64,000 nucleotides of DNA from Candidatus Fervidifonticultor secundus (GTDB taxonomy: Bacteria > Sysuimicrobiota > Sysuimicrobiia > Sysuimicrobiales > Humicultoraceae). The notes under the pieces were generated by a model. The model worked only from the letters and a program-made list of their open reading frames with translations, did not search any database and had not been told where the DNA came from. The translations under genes and the position numbers were made by a program. The stretch lies in the NCBI GenBank assembly GCA_031459385.1, contig JAVKIP010000001.1:32001-96000 (forward strand), written 5' to 3'. Positions 61,572 to 64,000 of this stretch are shown here, piece after piece (the first letter of the stretch is position 1; every line of letters begins with the position of its first letter).

Positions 61572-62926
61572 CGCTGTTCCCCCCGCTCGTACGTCGCCAC
61601 CGGCCGGGCGTCCACCAGCCGCTTGGCCTTCAGCTCGAACCGCGGCAGCGTGCCGTAGGCGACCCGCTCGACGTTGAAGCGCAGCCCCTCGTGGGCGTCT
61701 GCCAGGTCCCGGGCCAGCCGTGCCTGGAGCGCCGGCCACTCGGCCTCCCGGTCGGGTTTGAGCTCCACCTTGATGGTGATCTCGTCCTGGAGGTCGTCCT
61801 TGCGCCAGACGTAGATCTGGAACTCGTCGATGGCGTCGTGCTCGCGCACGATGGCCTCCACGGCCCGGGGGTAGACGTTGGTGCCGCGGATCAGCTTCAT
61901 GTCGTCCCAGCGCCCCCGGATGCCGCCGTCGTAGAGGTCGAAGGTCCGCCCGCAGGTGCAGGCCGTGTGCGGCACCTTCACCACCATGTCCTTGCTGCGG
62001 TAGCGCAGCAGCGGGATGAAGCCGCGACCGAACGACGTGACCACGCGCTCGCCGAGCTCGCCGTAGCCCACGGGCTCGCCGCTGGCCGGGTCGACGACCT
62101 CCTCGATGAAGTGGTCCTCGATGATGTGGGTGCCGCCCGGCTGGTGGCTGCACTCGAAGATCATGATCGTGCCGATCTCGGTCATGCCGGCGGTGTCACC
62201 GCACTTCGCGCCCCACGCCTGCTCGAGCTGGCGCTTGACGGCGGGGATCGAGCCGGCCGGCTCGCCGGAGACGATGAGCTTGTCCACGCGGCTGCCGGCC
62301 AGGTCGAGGCCGGCGTCCGTCGCCGCCTGCCAGAGGCGCAGGGCGTACGTGGGCGTCGAGCAGACGGTGGTGACGCCCATCTCGACGATCTGCCGGACGC
62401 GGGCGTCCGTGGTCTGGGCCCCGCCGGGGATGACCAGGGCCCCGATCTTCTCGCAGCAGTAGTGTGCGCCCCAGAAGCCGATGAACGAACCGTAGCCGAA
62501 GGCGAAGTAGACGATGTCCTGGGGCCGCACGCCAAAGCCCCAGAACCCGTAGCACCACATCTCGGCGATCCACTCCCAGTCCTTCATGCTGTCGAGCACC
62601 CTGATGGGCGTGCGGCCGCTGGTGCCCGAGGTGAGGTGGTAGCGAATCGCGTGGGCGGGGTCGGTCGCCAGCAGGTCGCCGAATAGCGGCTGGGTCACCT
62701 GCGCGTCCATCCACTCCTCCCGGGTCATGAAGGGGATGCGGCGCAGGTCGTCGAGGGTGCGCAGCTGCTCGGGGTGGAACCCCGCCGCGTCGAACTTCCG
62801 CCGGTGGAAGGGGCTGCGGGCGTAGGCCCACGCGCACAGCCGCTGGAGCTTGAGCAGCTGCAGCGCCTGCAGCTGCTCCCGCGGCATCGTCTCGGCTTTC
62901 GGGTTCCAGTACGGCCAGGTGCTCAT
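61568..62926 (-). CDS. Aryl/acyl-CoA ligase, phenylacetate-CoA ligase (PaaK)-like
   Basis: YWNP..ETM.RE, TSGTSG, TPTY, SGEP, GMTEIG, GRWDDM..IRG.NVYP. Confidence 0.88.
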   Translation of the reverse strand: MSTWPYWNPKAETMPREQLQALQLLKLQRLCAWAYARSPFHRRKFDAAGFHPEQLRTLDDLRRIPFMTREEWMDAQVTQPLFGDLLATDPAHAIRYHLTSGTSGRTPIRVLDSMKDWEWIAEMWCYGFWGFGVRPQDIVYFAFGYGSFIGFWGAHYCCEKIGALVIPGGAQTTDARVRQIVEMGVTTVCSTPTYALRLWQAATDAGLDLAGSRVDKLIVSGEPAGSIPAVKRQLEQAWGAKCGDTAGMTEIGTIMIFECSHQPGGTHIIEDHFIEEVVDPASGEPVGYGELGERVVTSFGRGFIPLLRYRSKDMVVKVPHTACTCGRTFDLYDGGIRGRWDDMKLIRGTNVYPRAVEAIVREHDAIDEFQIYVWRKDDLQDEITIKVELKPDREAEWPALQARLARDLADAHEGLRFNVERVAYGTLPRFELKAKRLVDARPVATYERGEQR

Positions 62927-64000
62927 CGCGGCTCACGCCCCACCAGTTCGCGCGCAATGATGATCCGCTGGATGTGGCTGGTGCCCTCGTAGATCTGCAG
63001 GCCCTTGCTGTCGCGCAGGAAGCGCTCGACGGGGTACTCGCTGGAGTAGCCCCGCCCGCCGTGGATGAGGACGGCGGCGTTGGCGGCCCGCACGGCGGCC
63101 TCCGTGGCGAAGAGTTTGGCGACGGCTGTTTCTTTAGTGGCGCGTAGCCCCTGATCCTTCAGCCAGGCCGCGCGGTAGGTGAGCAGGCGCGCGGCCTCCA
63201 CGTCGGCCGCCATCTGGGCCAGGTGGGCCTGGATCATCTCGAAGTCGGCCAGGCGCTGTCCGAACTGCCGGCGCGTGCGGGTGAAGGCCACGCAGGCGTC
63301 CAGGCAGGCCTGGGCGAGTCCCACCGCGCCGGCGGCCACCCCCAGGCGGCCGTGGTCGAGCGCCCCCATGGCCACCTTGAAGCCTTCGCCCTCGGCGCCC
63401 AGCAGGTGGTCTTTCGGCACGCGCACGCCCTCCAGGACGATCCGCGCGTGGTCGGCGGCCCGGTGCCCGAGCGGCGTCCCCGGCATGGGCTCGCGCCGGA
63501 ATCCCGGCGTGGCGGTGGGAACCACAAACGCGCAGATCCCGCGGTGGCGCAGCGCGCGGTCGCGCGTGGCGAAGACCAGGGCCAGGTGCGCCAGGGTGCC
63601 GTTGGTGATCCAGATCTTCTCGCCCCGCAGGACGAAGCCGTCGCCGGCATCCTCCGCGACCGTCTCCAGCCCGGCAGCGTCCGAGCCGGCGTCGGGTTCG
63701 GTGAGGCAGTAGCAGCCGATCCACTCGCCGGTGGCGAGCCTGGGCAGGTAGGCGCGCTTCTGCGCCTCGGTGCCCCAGTCGCGCAGGCACAGGCTCACCA
63801 GCCCGGCGTGCACCGCCAGGAAGCCGCGCACCGAGGCGTCCACGCGGCCCAGCTCCTCGCAGACCAGCGCGAAGCTGACGTAGTCCATGCCGGCGCCGCC
63901 GTAGGCGGTGTCCACCGGCCCGGCCAGGAAGCCCAACTCGCCCATGCGGCGCACGAGCTGCAGGGGGAACCGACCCTGCTCGTCGGCGGCGCGGGCCAGC
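62923..64000 (-). CDS. Acyl-CoA dehydrogenase (5' end outside the window)
   Basis: LTEPDAGSD, GEKIWITN, RRQFG, IHGG.GY, IYEGTSHIQ; frame open to the window edge. Confidence 0.93.
   Translation of the reverse strand, partial: LARAADEQGRFPLQLVRRMGELGFLAGPVDTAYGGAGMDYVSFALVCEELGRVDASVRGFLAVHAGLVSLCLRDWGTEAQKRAYLPRLATGEWIGCYCLTEPDAGSDAAGLETVAEDAGDGFVLRGEKIWITNGTLAHLALVFATRDRALRHRGICAFVVPTATPGFRREPMPGTPLGHRAADHARIVLEGVRVPKDHLLGAEGEGFKVAMGALDHGRLGVAAGAVGLAQACLDACVAFTRTRRQFGQRLADFEMIQAHLAQMAADVEAARLLTYRAAWLKDQGLRATKETAVAKLFATEAAVRAANAAVLIHGGRGYSSEYPVERFLRDSKGLQIYEGTSHIQRIIIARELVGREPR

Overview
Very GC-rich, gene-dense bacterial chromosomal segment. The gene content and style suggest a Terrabacteria lineage such as Armatimonadota or CSP1-3 (inference only). 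I saw no rRNA, tRNA, CRISPR array, transposase or phage gene. The window holds seven ABC importer gene sets: two peptide/Opp-type, three branched-chain-amino-acid type, one BMP/nucleoside type and one osmoprotectant type. These are interleaved with uncharacterised catabolic enzymes: M29 peptidase-like, cyclase, VOC, nitrilase, an atypical SDR, two tandem Mo-hydroxylase large subunits, isochorismatase and a creatinase-like M24 protein. The centre holds an aroF-tyrA-trpE-G-D-C-trpS-trpF-B-A operon under a Trp-specifier T-box riboswitch with unusually enlarged stems. It is followed by two Nudix genes and an OGG1-type glycosylase. The right end holds a probable aromatic/tryptophan catabolic cluster: an anthraniloyl/salicylyl-CoA monooxygenase-like protein with a decayed reductase domain, an aminotransferase, an amidase, tryptophan 2,3-dioxygenase with an insertion in its GTGGS loop, a 68-aa hypothetical, a PaaK-like CoA ligase and an acyl-CoA dehydrogenase. 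The most striking non-coding pattern is a recurrent AGG(A/G)-N17-19-GAA motif, correctly oriented upstream of most transport/catabolic units. It resembles Bacillus sigma-H promoters, whereas the trp operon uses a sigma-70/A-type promoter.
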